DNA from: an uncultured Muribaculaceae bacterium
GTDB lineage: Bacteria; Bacillota_I; Bacilli_A; RF39; UBA660
DNA: 64,000 nt
NCBI GenBank assembly: GCA_964616485.1
Contig: CAZTRB010000005.1
Location: 11,592 to 75,591, forward strand
Direction of reading: 5' to 3'
Numbering within the stretch: the first letter of the stretch is position 1; every line of letters starts with the position of its first letter. This document shows positions 16,801 to 24,796 of this stretch, one piece after another. The position numbers and the translations under genes are program-made. A model generated the notes under the pieces. It had not been told where the DNA came from. It worked only from the letters and a program-made list of their open reading frames with translations, and searched no databases.

Positions 16801-18897
16801 TTCTGATATAACCGGAGCATTTTTATCTATTCTTACGATTTGGTCAGCCTGGCAAGTAGTACAGTTTCCTGCATTATCACAAACTTGTCCAGGTGATTCA
16901 TTAGTCGAATTTATATTAGAAGTATATGTTTTCGTTACCGTCGAATTCACACAACCACTATCAGCGTCATTACACGTTCCAGTAATCGTGACATTCGTCG
17001 TTTTCCATGTAGCGCTTCCACCACTATTTATACATGTTGGTGGTTCGTTATCGGCAGTTATCGTTTGGTGATACCATCCGCCACTATTTGGCGATTGAGT
17101 TATGACGTTACCAGCATTATCAACTAGTCTCGTATAAACGGTATATACTCCTCCAGGTAAACTAACAACGTGTTTATTTTGTCCAGTAATAGATGTAATG
17201 CCACCTACAGCAACACCGTTTCTTTCCATCTTGACTTGGAACTCTTTAATACCACTCAAATTATCAGCAACCGTAATTGTCAACGTTTGATTAGCACTAT
17301 ATACTCCCGTTAATAAGCTATAACTTGCAGTAGGAGCCGTCTTGTCGATTCTAGAAATCGTTACTGATGAAGGATCAGATGATAAACCGACAACGTTTCT
17401 CGTACGAACTTGAGCATTCGTTACATTTGACGAATAAATATTATAATTTGTCGATTGCCAAGAAGCGCCATCATTAAACGAATACTCAGTCGTTCTAACT
17501 AATCCAGCTCTTGGAATCAAGTTAACTTTTACATTGTTCTTAGTCCAGATACCTGGAGAAGCAGCGACTAAATCAATTCTAGAAACATTGTAAGATACAC
17601 CACTTAGTGCTCCTAAAACTAATCTAAAGTTAGAGTATTGTCCAACCGAAGGTAAAATAAACTCTATGTCTCTAGTACCTTGAATCATTAATGCTGATAC
17701 TGAGAGTTCATTCCCATTTTGATCTTTAAAGTAGACTCTACCCGTCGTCGTCGTTGGAATATTAGTATTTAAAGTCACAGTTAATTTCTTAATACCATTA
17801 AATGTCGGATACGAAGCAGTACCAAACGTTATAACTGGGTTTGTCGTAGTCGTCGTTAGTATTGTACCCGCTAAATTTAACCCCGAAAGAGTATATTCAT
17901 ATTGGTTAGGGAACAATTGATATGCATACTCAACATCAAATTCTGGTTTTGGAACACCCACTCTTACGTCGATTGAACAAATCCCCTCATTACCCGCTTC
18001 GTCTTTAACATAACCTACGACTGTCGTAAGTCCCATATCTAATTTAAGACTATCTTTTTTATTATAATCAATATTCTTTATACTAGTACCAAGTCCATAA
18101 GTTAAAAGTCCACTATCAGCATCATCTTTAGTATCGAACTTAACATAAACGTCTCCCGAATACCACCCTAACGCTTCTAAGTTTCCGCCATCTCTAATAA
18201 GTGTACAAGTTGGAGGAGTCTTATCGACATATACTTTTACCGGACAACTAGTTTGATTTCCACTCTTATCAACTATATTAATAAAACTCTCAGTAGTAGT
18301 CGTACCAAATGTCTTAGAGAATCTAGCTAAACGACAACCACTAGTTTGGTCACTACAACCAACACTAATTGTTCTATTTTCCTTAGTCCATGTAGTAGAT
18401 TCACCTATGACACTACCACATACCGGATTATCATTATCAGATTCATACTTAGAACAAGCCGAACCTTCAGTAGAATAATTTTCACAATACAAACACGCTC
18501 TATATTCGTAGTCACCACTAACTTTGCTTACCTCAACATAACTAAGTAAACTATTACAAAATCCATCTGTTTCCGGATCTTTTAATTCATCAGAGTAACC
18601 TTTTTCAATAACATCACTCAAATAGACAATAGATCTATCTCCATCGCCTGGTAAATTACAAGTGTAATCATTATTAGCAATACAATCAACAACCATGTTA
18701 TTCGTAGCTGTTTGCATATTCTTTTCATAAGCTAAATAAGTATTATCCTTACTACTTCCAATATAATTAGAAATAGCCGGAACTGTAATGATTGCCAATA
18801 TAGCAATTATCACGATAACGGCGATTACTTCTATTAAAGTAAACCCTTTCTTTTTCTTGGCTTTTTCCAAAATTTTACTAACAGTTTTCTTTCGCAT
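13846..18897 (-). CDS. giant (1683 aa) modular protein with an N-terminal type IV prepilin (class III) signal, multiple Ig-like modules and a Cys-rich C-terminal domain
   Basis: The start at ATG 18895-18897 is supported by AAGGAG 7 nt upstream and by a TTGACT-17-TAAAAT promoter lying inside the track's longer ORF. Leader MRKKTVSKILEKAKKKKG, then FTLIEVIAVIVIIAILAIITVPA (G-1, F+1, E+5; encoded at 18829-18846). The body has recurring D.SG(I/L)..Y and D.AGN strand motifs. No LPXTG. Confidence 0.9.
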   Translation of the reverse strand: MRKKTVSKILEKAKKKKGFTLIEVIAVIVIIAILAIITVPAISNYIGSSKDNTYLAYEKNMQTATNNMVVDCIANNDYTCNLPGDGDRSIVYLSDVIEKGYSDELKDPETDGFCNSLLSYVEVSKVSGDYEYRACLYCENYSTEGSACSKYESDNDNPVCGSVIGESTTWTKENRTISVGCSDQTSGCRLARFSKTFGTTTTESFINIVDKSGNQTSCPVKVYVDKTPPTCTLIRDGGNLEALGWYSGDVYVKFDTKDDADSGLLTYGLGTSIKNIDYNKKDSLKLDMGLTTVVGYVKDEAGNEGICSIDVRVGVPKPEFDVEYAYQLFPNQYEYTLSGLNLAGTILTTTTTNPVITFGTASYPTFNGIKKLTVTLNTNIPTTTTGRVYFKDQNGNELSVSALMIQGTRDIEFILPSVGQYSNFRLVLGALSGVSYNVSRIDLVAASPGIWTKNNVKVNLIPRAGLVRTTEYSFNDGASWQSTNYNIYSSNVTNAQVRTRNVVGLSSDPSSVTISRIDKTAPTASYSLLTGVYSANQTLTITVADNLSGIKEFQVKMERNGVAVGGITSITGQNKHVVSLPGGVYTVYTRLVDNAGNVITQSPNSGGWYHQTITADNEPPTCINSGGSATWKTTNVTITGTCNDADSGCVNSTVTKTYTSNINSTNESPGQVCDNAGNCTTCQADQIVRIDKNAPVISEAISGTPLFKDPTFASGTNNFSVYNNSGNGTVTHARVAQSNPYGSYVMRITTNGVSSPGLGGYVQTVTSRANAVYAHRIIAKIPVGYTIQRASNSTGTGSSVYWITPQAGTGDWAEYIYIQKAGSSGTFSTFGHVYLTGSGTSVSWDVAYSTIIDTGQDGLNGTIVFTGTDTNSGIIGYGINKSSTTQPTFTAISARTSFGIGVPNIASDNGTYYVWVKDQAGHVTNKAVVVDTIDTTKPTCVSSGGSSAWSKTTVNIIGTCSDSGSGCVNTTITKPYTSDINTTTAGPGEVCDRAGNCVTCPNNQTVKIDGTKPSKPTINLGSYTSGTWTSGNVVVTASSTDNISGISKYEYSNNGTSGWTTMSNPWTINFDTDKTYYVRSTDGAGNVSDNSNPFIVRRDATKPSKPTLTMKKADNSTYTSNTWSNQNIIITASSTDDNLAGYQYSTTGTSGWMAMTNPWTINWDTSTNIYVRAIDSSGNVSDVSNAVVIKRDATKPSKPTINLGSYTSGTWTSGNVVVTASSTDNISGISKYEYSVNGTSGWTNMANPWTISTDVESNYYVRSTDGAGNISDVSNVFNVKRDATKPSKPTLTLKKADGTTYTSNTWSNQNIVITASSSDTNLDRYEYSTNGTSGWTTMSNPWTISSDISTNVYVRAIDKSGNISDNSNVVTIKRDATKPSKPTINLGSYTSGTWTKSNVVITASSSDGTGSGIASYQYSHDAANWTAMSNPWTINWDGNWNFYVRSIDNAGNASAASNVFTIKRDTVNPTCTAVKTANGANGITVKVTTSDNASGVSPATYNDSNVKGTKTYTVTDGAGNTGTCSITSSCVTNKSCQHANCGWNSCLTGNPSVCVGGYNSCYTAGCGCTGNKRCTSYSCCGTYCKTKGNIYECYQNTGGYGCGTKCASSKPSSGGQTWYKTSTTCCVSGEEAATCYNDCCGCAGYYYCQHSACGWNNCLYTYSTCVGGNNSCRTAACGCENWG
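14500..15873 (-). repeat. five in-frame tandem repeats (~270-279 bp, 90-93 aa each) in an A-B-A-B-A pattern inside the giant gene
   Basis: Units begin D(A/G)TKPSKPT at 15873, 15603, 15324, 15054 and 14775 (complement). A-type units read INLGSYTSGTWTSGNVVVTASSTDNISGISKYEYS. B-type units read LT(M/L)KKAD..TYTSNTWSNQNI(I/V)ITASS. DNA copies are similar but carry many synonymous differences. Confidence 0.9.
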
Positions 18898-18931
18898 AAT
18901 AAAGCTCCTTGTATTATCTTTTATATATAAC

Positions 18932-18960
18932 ATTTTAATATCTTTATACATAATAGTCAA
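18932..18960 (-). promoter_or_regulatory. sigma-A-type promoter of the giant pilin-like gene
   Basis: Complement: TTGACT (18955-18960), 17 nt spacer, TAAAAT (18932-18937). About 35 nt upstream of the ATG. Confidence 0.5.
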
Positions 18961-19043
18961 GAAAGATTTAGTCGTTAAATCTTTTAGTTTTTTGTAAAAA
19001 GTTGTCTAATTCCTTATAAATTATGTAAAACTTTCCTAGCAAG

Positions 19044-19072
19044 TAGACACTATATACAATATATTATATAAT
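19044..19072 (+). promoter_or_regulatory. sigma-A-type promoter of the glucosaminidase-cohesin-LCP operon
   Basis: TAGACA (19044-19049), 17 nt spacer, TATAAT (19067-19072). About 33 nt upstream of ATG 19106, with RBS GGAGGTG. Confidence 0.5.
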
Positions 19073-19105
19073 TATATTACTAATAATGGCATGGAGGTGT
19101 AACAA

Positions 19106-21121
19106 ATGAAGAGATTTTTATTCGTGATTCTTTTGATATTGCTTCTTTTTAATAGTGGAACAGCACATGCAGAAATTATTAAGACTGGTCGGGCTATAGC
19201 CGATGTTGGGCTTAGAATTAGAGCTACTCCCTCTACTAGCGGAACACAATTAGGAACGATACCCTATGGAACGATAGTTAGAATCATCGGTGAAGCGAAT
19301 GGTTCGGGATGTAACGATCCTTGGTTTCAAGTAATTTACTCTACTGGTAATAGTAATATAAACGGTTATTCTTGTTCTACTTATATAACGGAAATTACGG
19401 AGTATGATACTGAAGAGAATACGCCTACAACACCACCAGTAAATAGCGAGGACTTCGAAGCCTACTTAACTTCACAAGGATTCCCAGAAAGCTACAAAGT
19501 CAAACTAAGAATTTTACACGAACAACATCCTAATTGGATATTTGTCGGTATAAAAGTAAGAGAGTCTTGGCAAACGTCTTTAAATCTTCAAGGCGAAGAT
19601 GGAAGAAGTACATTAAATGTTAATGCGGCAAGAAAGGCTTTGGGGCAAGAGGGATATTTATCGACTGCAGCGGGACACTATAACTATGAGACTGACACTT
19701 TTATTCCTAAAGATGGTACTTATTGGTTTCAAGCTAACTCAGATGCTATTGGATATTACCTTGACCCAAGAAACTTCATGGACGAGAAAAATGTTTTCAT
19801 GTTCGAAAGTCTTTTACAAAACGATGCTATTCATACTAAATCAGTAGTCGACGGGATCTTGTCGAGTGACTTCATGAAACAATATTCTAATCATTTCATG
19901 AAAGGTGCAAGAGACTACAACGTTTCTGCTACGCACTTAGCATCACTATCTAGACAAGAAGTAGGAATTACTAACGGTAACATTGTTACTAACGGAAAAG
20001 CCGGAGTATTATCAGACGGAGTTAACTATAACGGTTACTATAACTTTTTTAATATCGGAGCATCATCATCGGGAGATCCGAAGTTAAAATCGTTACAAAG
20101 CGCTAAAGCTCGCGGCTGGAATTCACCTGAGAAATCAATCGTTGGTGGAGCGGCTTTTATATCTAGTGGTTATATTAATGCCGGACAATACACGGCTTAT
20201 CTTCAAAAGTTTAACGTCGATCCTAATGCTACTAAAGGAATATGGCATCAGTATATGACTAACATAGCGGCATTATCTTCGCCGGCAATTACGACATATA
20301 ACTCATATAATAATCTCGGTTTCATAAACCATTCATTTATATTCTCGATTCCAATATTTACTAATATGCCAGAAAGCACTTCGTTACCTCCCTTAGGTAA
20401 CCCAAATAACTGGCTAAAAGAAATAAAGATAAATGGTATCGCTTTATCTAGTTTCTACGGTGGTACCACTAATTACACCATCGATATTCCTTACGAGGAA
20501 GAGATTACAGTAGAGGCTAAAAAAGTAAATAGTAACGCTACTGTATCAGGAACTGGAACAAAAGCCTTAACGGAAGACAAAACCACTTTAACGATTAAAG
20601 TCACTGCTCAAAACGGAAGCGTTAAAAACTATACGGTAACAGTTAATCGTGGGATAAAAGACGATCCTAACTTAGAGATAGATCTTCTATTAAAAGATGT
20701 CTTAACTGATAGCAAATACAAATACGATAGTAAAAATCTTTGGGGAATAACTCTAGGAACTAGCGTTAAGAGTCTTACTAGTAAAATAAAAGGAAAATAT
20801 AAAACAGTAAGTGTAAATATAAAAAATAAAGACGGCAATACTAAAACAGACGGTGTCATAGTTACAGGAGATAAAGTAACGATAACGACTAAACAAGAAT
20901 CTACTACTATCGAAGTAATAATCTTTGGTGATACTAATGGAGACGGATACATCTCGGCAATCGACATCTTAAGCGCTCAAAAACATATCCTTGGATATAC
21001 TACTCTTTTAGGAACTAGTTTCAAAGCGGCAGACATAAATAAAGACGGTGTCATATCAGCTTATGACTTACTACAATTTCAAAAACACGTCTTAGGTTAT
21101 ACTAATATAAGCCAATCATAG
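19106..21121 (+). CDS. secreted peptidoglycan N-acetylglucosaminidase (GH73-like) with SH3b, cadherin-like beta-sandwich and C-terminal dockerin
   Basis: Sec signal ending AHA|E. SH3b-like GLRIRATPSTSGTQLGTIPYGTIVRIIGE. Glucosaminidase-like core (YLDPRNF...HLASLSRQEVG...YNFFNIGA). Cadherin-like module at 20413-20652. Dockerin duplicated F-hand: GDTNGDGYISAIDILSAQKHILG and AADINKDGVISAYDLLQFQKHVLG (20927-21105). Confidence 0.85.
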   Translation: MKRFLFVILLILLLFNSGTAHAEIIKTGRAIADVGLRIRATPSTSGTQLGTIPYGTIVRIIGEANGSGCNDPWFQVIYSTGNSNINGYSCSTYITEITEYDTEENTPTTPPVNSEDFEAYLTSQGFPESYKVKLRILHEQHPNWIFVGIKVRESWQTSLNLQGEDGRSTLNVNAARKALGQEGYLSTAAGHYNYETDTFIPKDGTYWFQANSDAIGYYLDPRNFMDEKNVFMFESLLQNDAIHTKSVVDGILSSDFMKQYSNHFMKGARDYNVSATHLASLSRQEVGITNGNIVTNGKAGVLSDGVNYNGYYNFFNIGASSSGDPKLKSLQSAKARGWNSPEKSIVGGAAFISSGYINAGQYTAYLQKFNVDPNATKGIWHQYMTNIAALSSPAITTYNSYNNLGFINHSFIFSIPIFTNMPESTSLPPLGNPNNWLKEIKINGIALSSFYGGTTNYTIDIPYEEEITVEAKKVNSNATVSGTGTKALTEDKTTLTIKVTAQNGSVKNYTVTVNRGIKDDPNLEIDLLLKDVLTDSKYKYDSKNLWGITLGTSVKSLTSKIKGKYKTVSVNIKNKDGNTKTDGVIVTGDKVTITTKQESTTIEVIIFGDTNGDGYISAIDILSAQKHILGYTTLLGTSFKAADINKDGVISAYDLLQFQKHVLGYTNISQS

Positions 21122-21130
21122 GAGGACTTT

Positions 21131-22546
21131 ATGAAAAAAATCTTTAAACCATTTACAATGGTTTTCCTTTTTACAGTGATGTTTTTGTTTAATAATAACG
21201 TCTTGGCAGCTAACTTAAATGTCTCGATAACCTCGAGTACTAGTAGAGCGGTAGTTGGTAACAATATTACTTATACGGTTAGAGTGTCTTCTAATGCTAA
21301 ATTTGGTAATATTCATTATAGATTAGAATATGACACTTCTAAGTTAACTCATGTAAGTGGAACACTAAATAATTTTGATTTAAATGTTATCGATAAATAT
21401 TCTGCTACTTACACTTTTACTTTTAGAGCAAAAGCAAGTGGTAATGCTAGAGTAACGTTCGTAATCAACGAAGCCTTAGAATTAAATAACAATTCTTTTA
21501 ATTATAATACTAGAACCAATAAAGATATAACGATCATAACTCAACAACAATTAGAAGCTAGCTATAGTAAAAACAACTACCTATCATCTTTAAAAATAGA
21601 TAATTTTGAAATGACACCGGCTTTTAATAAAGATACTTTAGAATACTCGATAGAATTAGAAAACGATGTTAAATCAATAAATATTAGCGGTACTAAAGCA
21701 GATTCAACAGCATCAGTCGAAGGTTTGGGTGCACATGAATTAATAGAAGGACCAAATAAAATAAATATAAAAGTTACTGCCCAAAACGGTGCCTCTAGAA
21801 CATATACGATAAATGCAACGGTAAAAGAATTAAATCCCATTATCGTAACTGTCGACGGCAAAGAATATAATGTCGTTAGAAAAAAAGACCTAATAAAAAA
21901 ACCTAATAGCAAATACGAAGAGACGATTATACAAATAAATGAAGAAGATGTCCCAGCTTTCATAAACGAGACGACTAAAGTAACATTAATCGGGCTTAGA
22001 GATGAAGAGGACAACATTTCTTTATTTAGTGTTAAAAATGATACGTATATTCCTTACCAAGAATTCGCTTTTAGTAGTATAATATTTACGGAAGAAAATT
22101 TAGACGATCTTCCTAAAGGTTATACTAAAACTAAATTAAAACTCGAAGAAGTAGAAATAGACGCTTATCAAGATAACTCTAACTTAAATTTCTACCTAAT
22201 AAAAGGAGTGAACATTGAAACGGGAATAACTTCCCTATATCAATATGATAGTAAAGAAAACACTCTTCAAATATATAATGATTCATTAGCTAAACAAAAT
22301 AAGGAATTAACTAATAAGAATAATATTTATCTTTATACTATAATTGGTCTAATAGCACTCATAGCTATATCTTCCGGAACGATATTAGTAAAGACTTTAA
22401 AAAATGAAAAACCTAAAATAAAAAAAGAAGAGAAGACCGACAAAAAAGTCAAAGAAAAAGTAGAGGAACCGAAAGAACCTATCATAGAAGAAGAGAGTCT
22501 AACAAAACAAATAAAGAAAATGAAAAAAAATAAAAAACAATCTTAA
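21131..22546 (+). CDS. membrane-anchored surface protein with cohesin-like N-terminal domain and cadherin-like beta-sandwich
   Basis: Sec signal (VLA|AN). Residues ~27-135 (21209-21536) read VGNNITYTVRVSSNAKFGNIHYRLEYDTSKLTHVSGT, which fits the cohesin pattern. Cadherin-like module at about 21580-21825. C-terminal TM helix (IYLYTIIGLIALIAISSGTILV) and a Lys/Glu-rich tail. Confidence 0.7.
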   Translation: MKKIFKPFTMVFLFTVMFLFNNNVLAANLNVSITSSTSRAVVGNNITYTVRVSSNAKFGNIHYRLEYDTSKLTHVSGTLNNFDLNVIDKYSATYTFTFRAKASGNARVTFVINEALELNNNSFNYNTRTNKDITIITQQQLEASYSKNNYLSSLKIDNFEMTPAFNKDTLEYSIELENDVKSINISGTKADSTASVEGLGAHELIEGPNKINIKVTAQNGASRTYTINATVKELNPIIVTVDGKEYNVVRKKDLIKKPNSKYEETIIQINEEDVPAFINETTKVTLIGLRDEEDNISLFSVKNDTYIPYQEFAFSSIIFTEENLDDLPKGYTKTKLKLEEVEIDAYQDNSNLNFYLIKGVNIETGITSLYQYDSKENTLQIYNDSLAKQNKELTNKNNIYLYTIIGLIALIAISSGTILVKTLKNEKPKIKKEEKTDKKVKEKVEEPKEPIIEEESLTKQIKKMKKNKKQS

Positions 22547-22561
22547 TATACTGGAGGAATT

Positions 22562-24667
22562 ATGAAAAAGAAAAAGATCAAATACCAAAATATATTCACA
22601 ATACTTTGTATCTTAAGCAGCTTATATCTAATCCAATCTATCTACTTATTTTCACAAATAGAAACAGTTATTAGATACTCTGTAATTGGTATTTTAGTTC
22701 TTTTCGACTTCTTTATATTAATTAAGATGTTTTTCTTAAAGACTAAAAAAACTATTATATATATTATAGTCTTAGTCTTTTTTAGTGGAATATATATATT
22801 CTTAGGATACAATTTAAATAGAATATACTCTTATTTTACTAACTTAAATAAGACGATTACTTATTCGACTAGTTTAGTTACCTTAAAAAGTACTAAAGAT
22901 GTCGATCTAATAACACTTAAGAATGCTAATATAGGTCTTATCGATGATCCGACTTCTGAAGATGGACACATCTTAGCACAAGAGATAATAAAGAAAGAGA
23001 GTTTATCTAAAAACAATAATATTATCTATAGGCATTCATATACTGAACTTATATTAGATTTATATGATAAAGACTTAGACTATATTTTTCTTCCTAGTTC
23101 TTATGTCGATATCTTTAGTACGATCGAAGGTCTTGAAGATATAGAAGATAAAATTAAGACTATTCTAACGACAGAGATGGAAAAGACTAAAGAAGAGGCA
23201 CAACTATTAGGAGATCCTAAGAATATAGATGAACCATTCACGATGTTATTAATAGGTATTGATTCAACGGCTGATGGTATTCAAAATGCCGACTCATTTA
23301 ATGGAGATTCTCTTATGGTACTTACTTTTAATCCTAAGACGATGACTGCTACGATGTTAAGTATACCTAGAGATACGTATGTTCCAATAGCATGCTTTCC
23401 AAATAAAATAGAAAATAAGATAACTCATTCTGCTTCTCGTGGTACAAGTTGTGTTATAAATACTATTCAAAACTTATTGGATATAAAAATAGACTATTAT
23501 ATGAAGATTAACTTTACTGGTCTAGTCGAACTAGTCGATGCCGTCGGTGGAGTCGAAGTCGATGTTCCTTATAGTTTTTGTGAACAAAATAGTAAGAGAA
23601 AATTCGGTAATAGTACTATCTATGTAAAAGAAGGTTTAAGGACACTTAATGGTGAAGAGGCCTTAGCATTATCTAGAAATAGAAAGAATAATTATGAATA
23701 TTGTTCTAAAGAATGGACTAAGGGAAATAGAAGTGACTTTGTAAGAGCAGAGAACCAACAAAAAGTAGTTCAAGGAATATTAAATAAAGTAAAAGGTTAT
23801 ACTTCTATTAACAAAATAGAAGAGTTATTAAAAATAGTCTCTAAAAACTTAGATACTAATATGAGTGAGAAGACGATTTTCTCATTCTATAATATTGCAA
23901 AGGATGTCATGATATCATCGTCTAATTCTGATATACTATCTATTCAAAGATTAGAGATAGTCGGATGGGGACAAACGATATACGATGAGACATCTAAGTT
24001 ACAGTTGTGGAATTATGTTCCAAATAAGAGAAGTACCGAAGATGTAAAAGAAGCTATTAAAATAAATTTAGGACTGAAAAAACATGAGTTAATCAAGACT
24101 TTCACTTATTCTTGGAAAGAAGAATATACTCAAAAGATTCCAGGTAAAGGGCCTTATAGTATATATACTACTTATGACTTGCTAAAAGACTTTACTAACA
24201 TGAATATAACGGATGTCGAGCTATGGGCTGAAAAAAACGACATTACTTTAGTCATAGAAGAAGTAGAAAAGGTCGGTTACAAAAATGGTACAGTCGTTAA
24301 TCAAGAGTATCCAGTTAATAAGAGATTAGATTTAATACCCGATAGAACATTAAAAATAGAAGTAGTCAAGAATAAAGATACTAAAATAGACTGTTTAAAA
24401 GACGAGGAAAACATTATTTGTCTAATACCTGACTTTATCGGTAAAACTAAGAAAGACGTAGCTCTTTGGGGAAATAAGTTCTCTAATCTAGTAGATGTTA
24501 AATATGTAGAAGTGGAGTCTGAAGAAGAAGAGAATACGATAATAGATCAAACGATTAAAGGTATTACGATAAAAGAATTACTTGAGAATAAAGAGAGTAT
24601 CACTTTTACTATCGTTAAGAAAAAAGAAATAATACCACCTATCGAAGAAGAAATGGAAGAAGAATAA
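22562..24667 (+). CDS. LytR-CpsA-Psr (LCP) family cell-wall glycopolymer ligase with a long C-terminal extension
   Basis: N-terminal TM helices. LCP core LLIGIDS...GDSLMVLTFNPKT...SIPRDTYV...INFTGLVELVDAVGGVEVDV...GEEALALSRNR. The roughly 200 C-terminal residues are PASTA-like or unassigned. Confidence 0.85.
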   Translation: MKKKKIKYQNIFTILCILSSLYLIQSIYLFSQIETVIRYSVIGILVLFDFFILIKMFFLKTKKTIIYIIVLVFFSGIYIFLGYNLNRIYSYFTNLNKTITYSTSLVTLKSTKDVDLITLKNANIGLIDDPTSEDGHILAQEIIKKESLSKNNNIIYRHSYTELILDLYDKDLDYIFLPSSYVDIFSTIEGLEDIEDKIKTILTTEMEKTKEEAQLLGDPKNIDEPFTMLLIGIDSTADGIQNADSFNGDSLMVLTFNPKTMTATMLSIPRDTYVPIACFPNKIENKITHSASRGTSCVINTIQNLLDIKIDYYMKINFTGLVELVDAVGGVEVDVPYSFCEQNSKRKFGNSTIYVKEGLRTLNGEEALALSRNRKNNYEYCSKEWTKGNRSDFVRAENQQKVVQGILNKVKGYTSINKIEELLKIVSKNLDTNMSEKTIFSFYNIAKDVMISSSNSDILSIQRLEIVGWGQTIYDETSKLQLWNYVPNKRSTEDVKEAIKINLGLKKHELIKTFTYSWKEEYTQKIPGKGPYSIYTTYDLLKDFTNMNITDVELWAEKNDITLVIEEVEKVGYKNGTVVNQEYPVNKRLDLIPDRTLKIEVVKNKDTKIDCLKDEENIICLIPDFIGKTKKDVALWGNKFSNLVDVKYVEVESEEEENTIIDQTIKGITIKELLENKESITFTIVKKKEIIPPIEEEMEEE

Positions 24668-24729
24668 ATTTTTAGCAACTATAGAGAGCTAGAGATAGAT
24701 TCTCTTTTGTTTGTCATTAAAATATTACT

Positions 24730-24758
24730 TTGACAATTAATATACTATATAGTATAAT
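24730..24758 (+). promoter_or_regulatory. consensus sigma-A promoter of rnjA
   Basis: TTGACA (24730-24735), 17 nt spacer, TATAAT (24753-24758). Confidence 0.6.
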
Positions 24759-24796
24759 CACCTAGTTAGTTCTTTAAAAATATGAAAGGAGAAATT

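Noticed and set aside
18898-18960. N-terminal extension of the giant ORF (track start MTIMYKDIKMLYIKDNTRSFI...)
   Set aside because: This extension contains the TTGACT-17-TAAAAT promoter and the AAGGAG RBS that serve the internal ATG at 18897. The prepilin leader is of normal length only from that ATG.
13899-18997. Numerous 60-130-aa ORFs in the track overlapping the giant gene on both strands (for example 13899-14237 -, 13948-14259 +, 15886-16284 +, 16775-17071 +, 18346-18549 +, 18788-18997 +)
   Set aside because: They lie wholly inside a 5-kb ORF that has a clear RBS, promoter, terminator and domain logic. Their translations are low-complexity. The local Thr/Gly/Ser/Asn codon bias simply depletes stop codons in the other frames.
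19106-22546. Cohesin and dockerin taken as evidence of a cellulosome
   Set aside because: The dockerin sits on a peptidoglycan glucosaminidase. No cellulase or hemicellulase, CBM3 or multi-cohesin scaffoldin is present, so a non-cellulosomal tether is more consistent.
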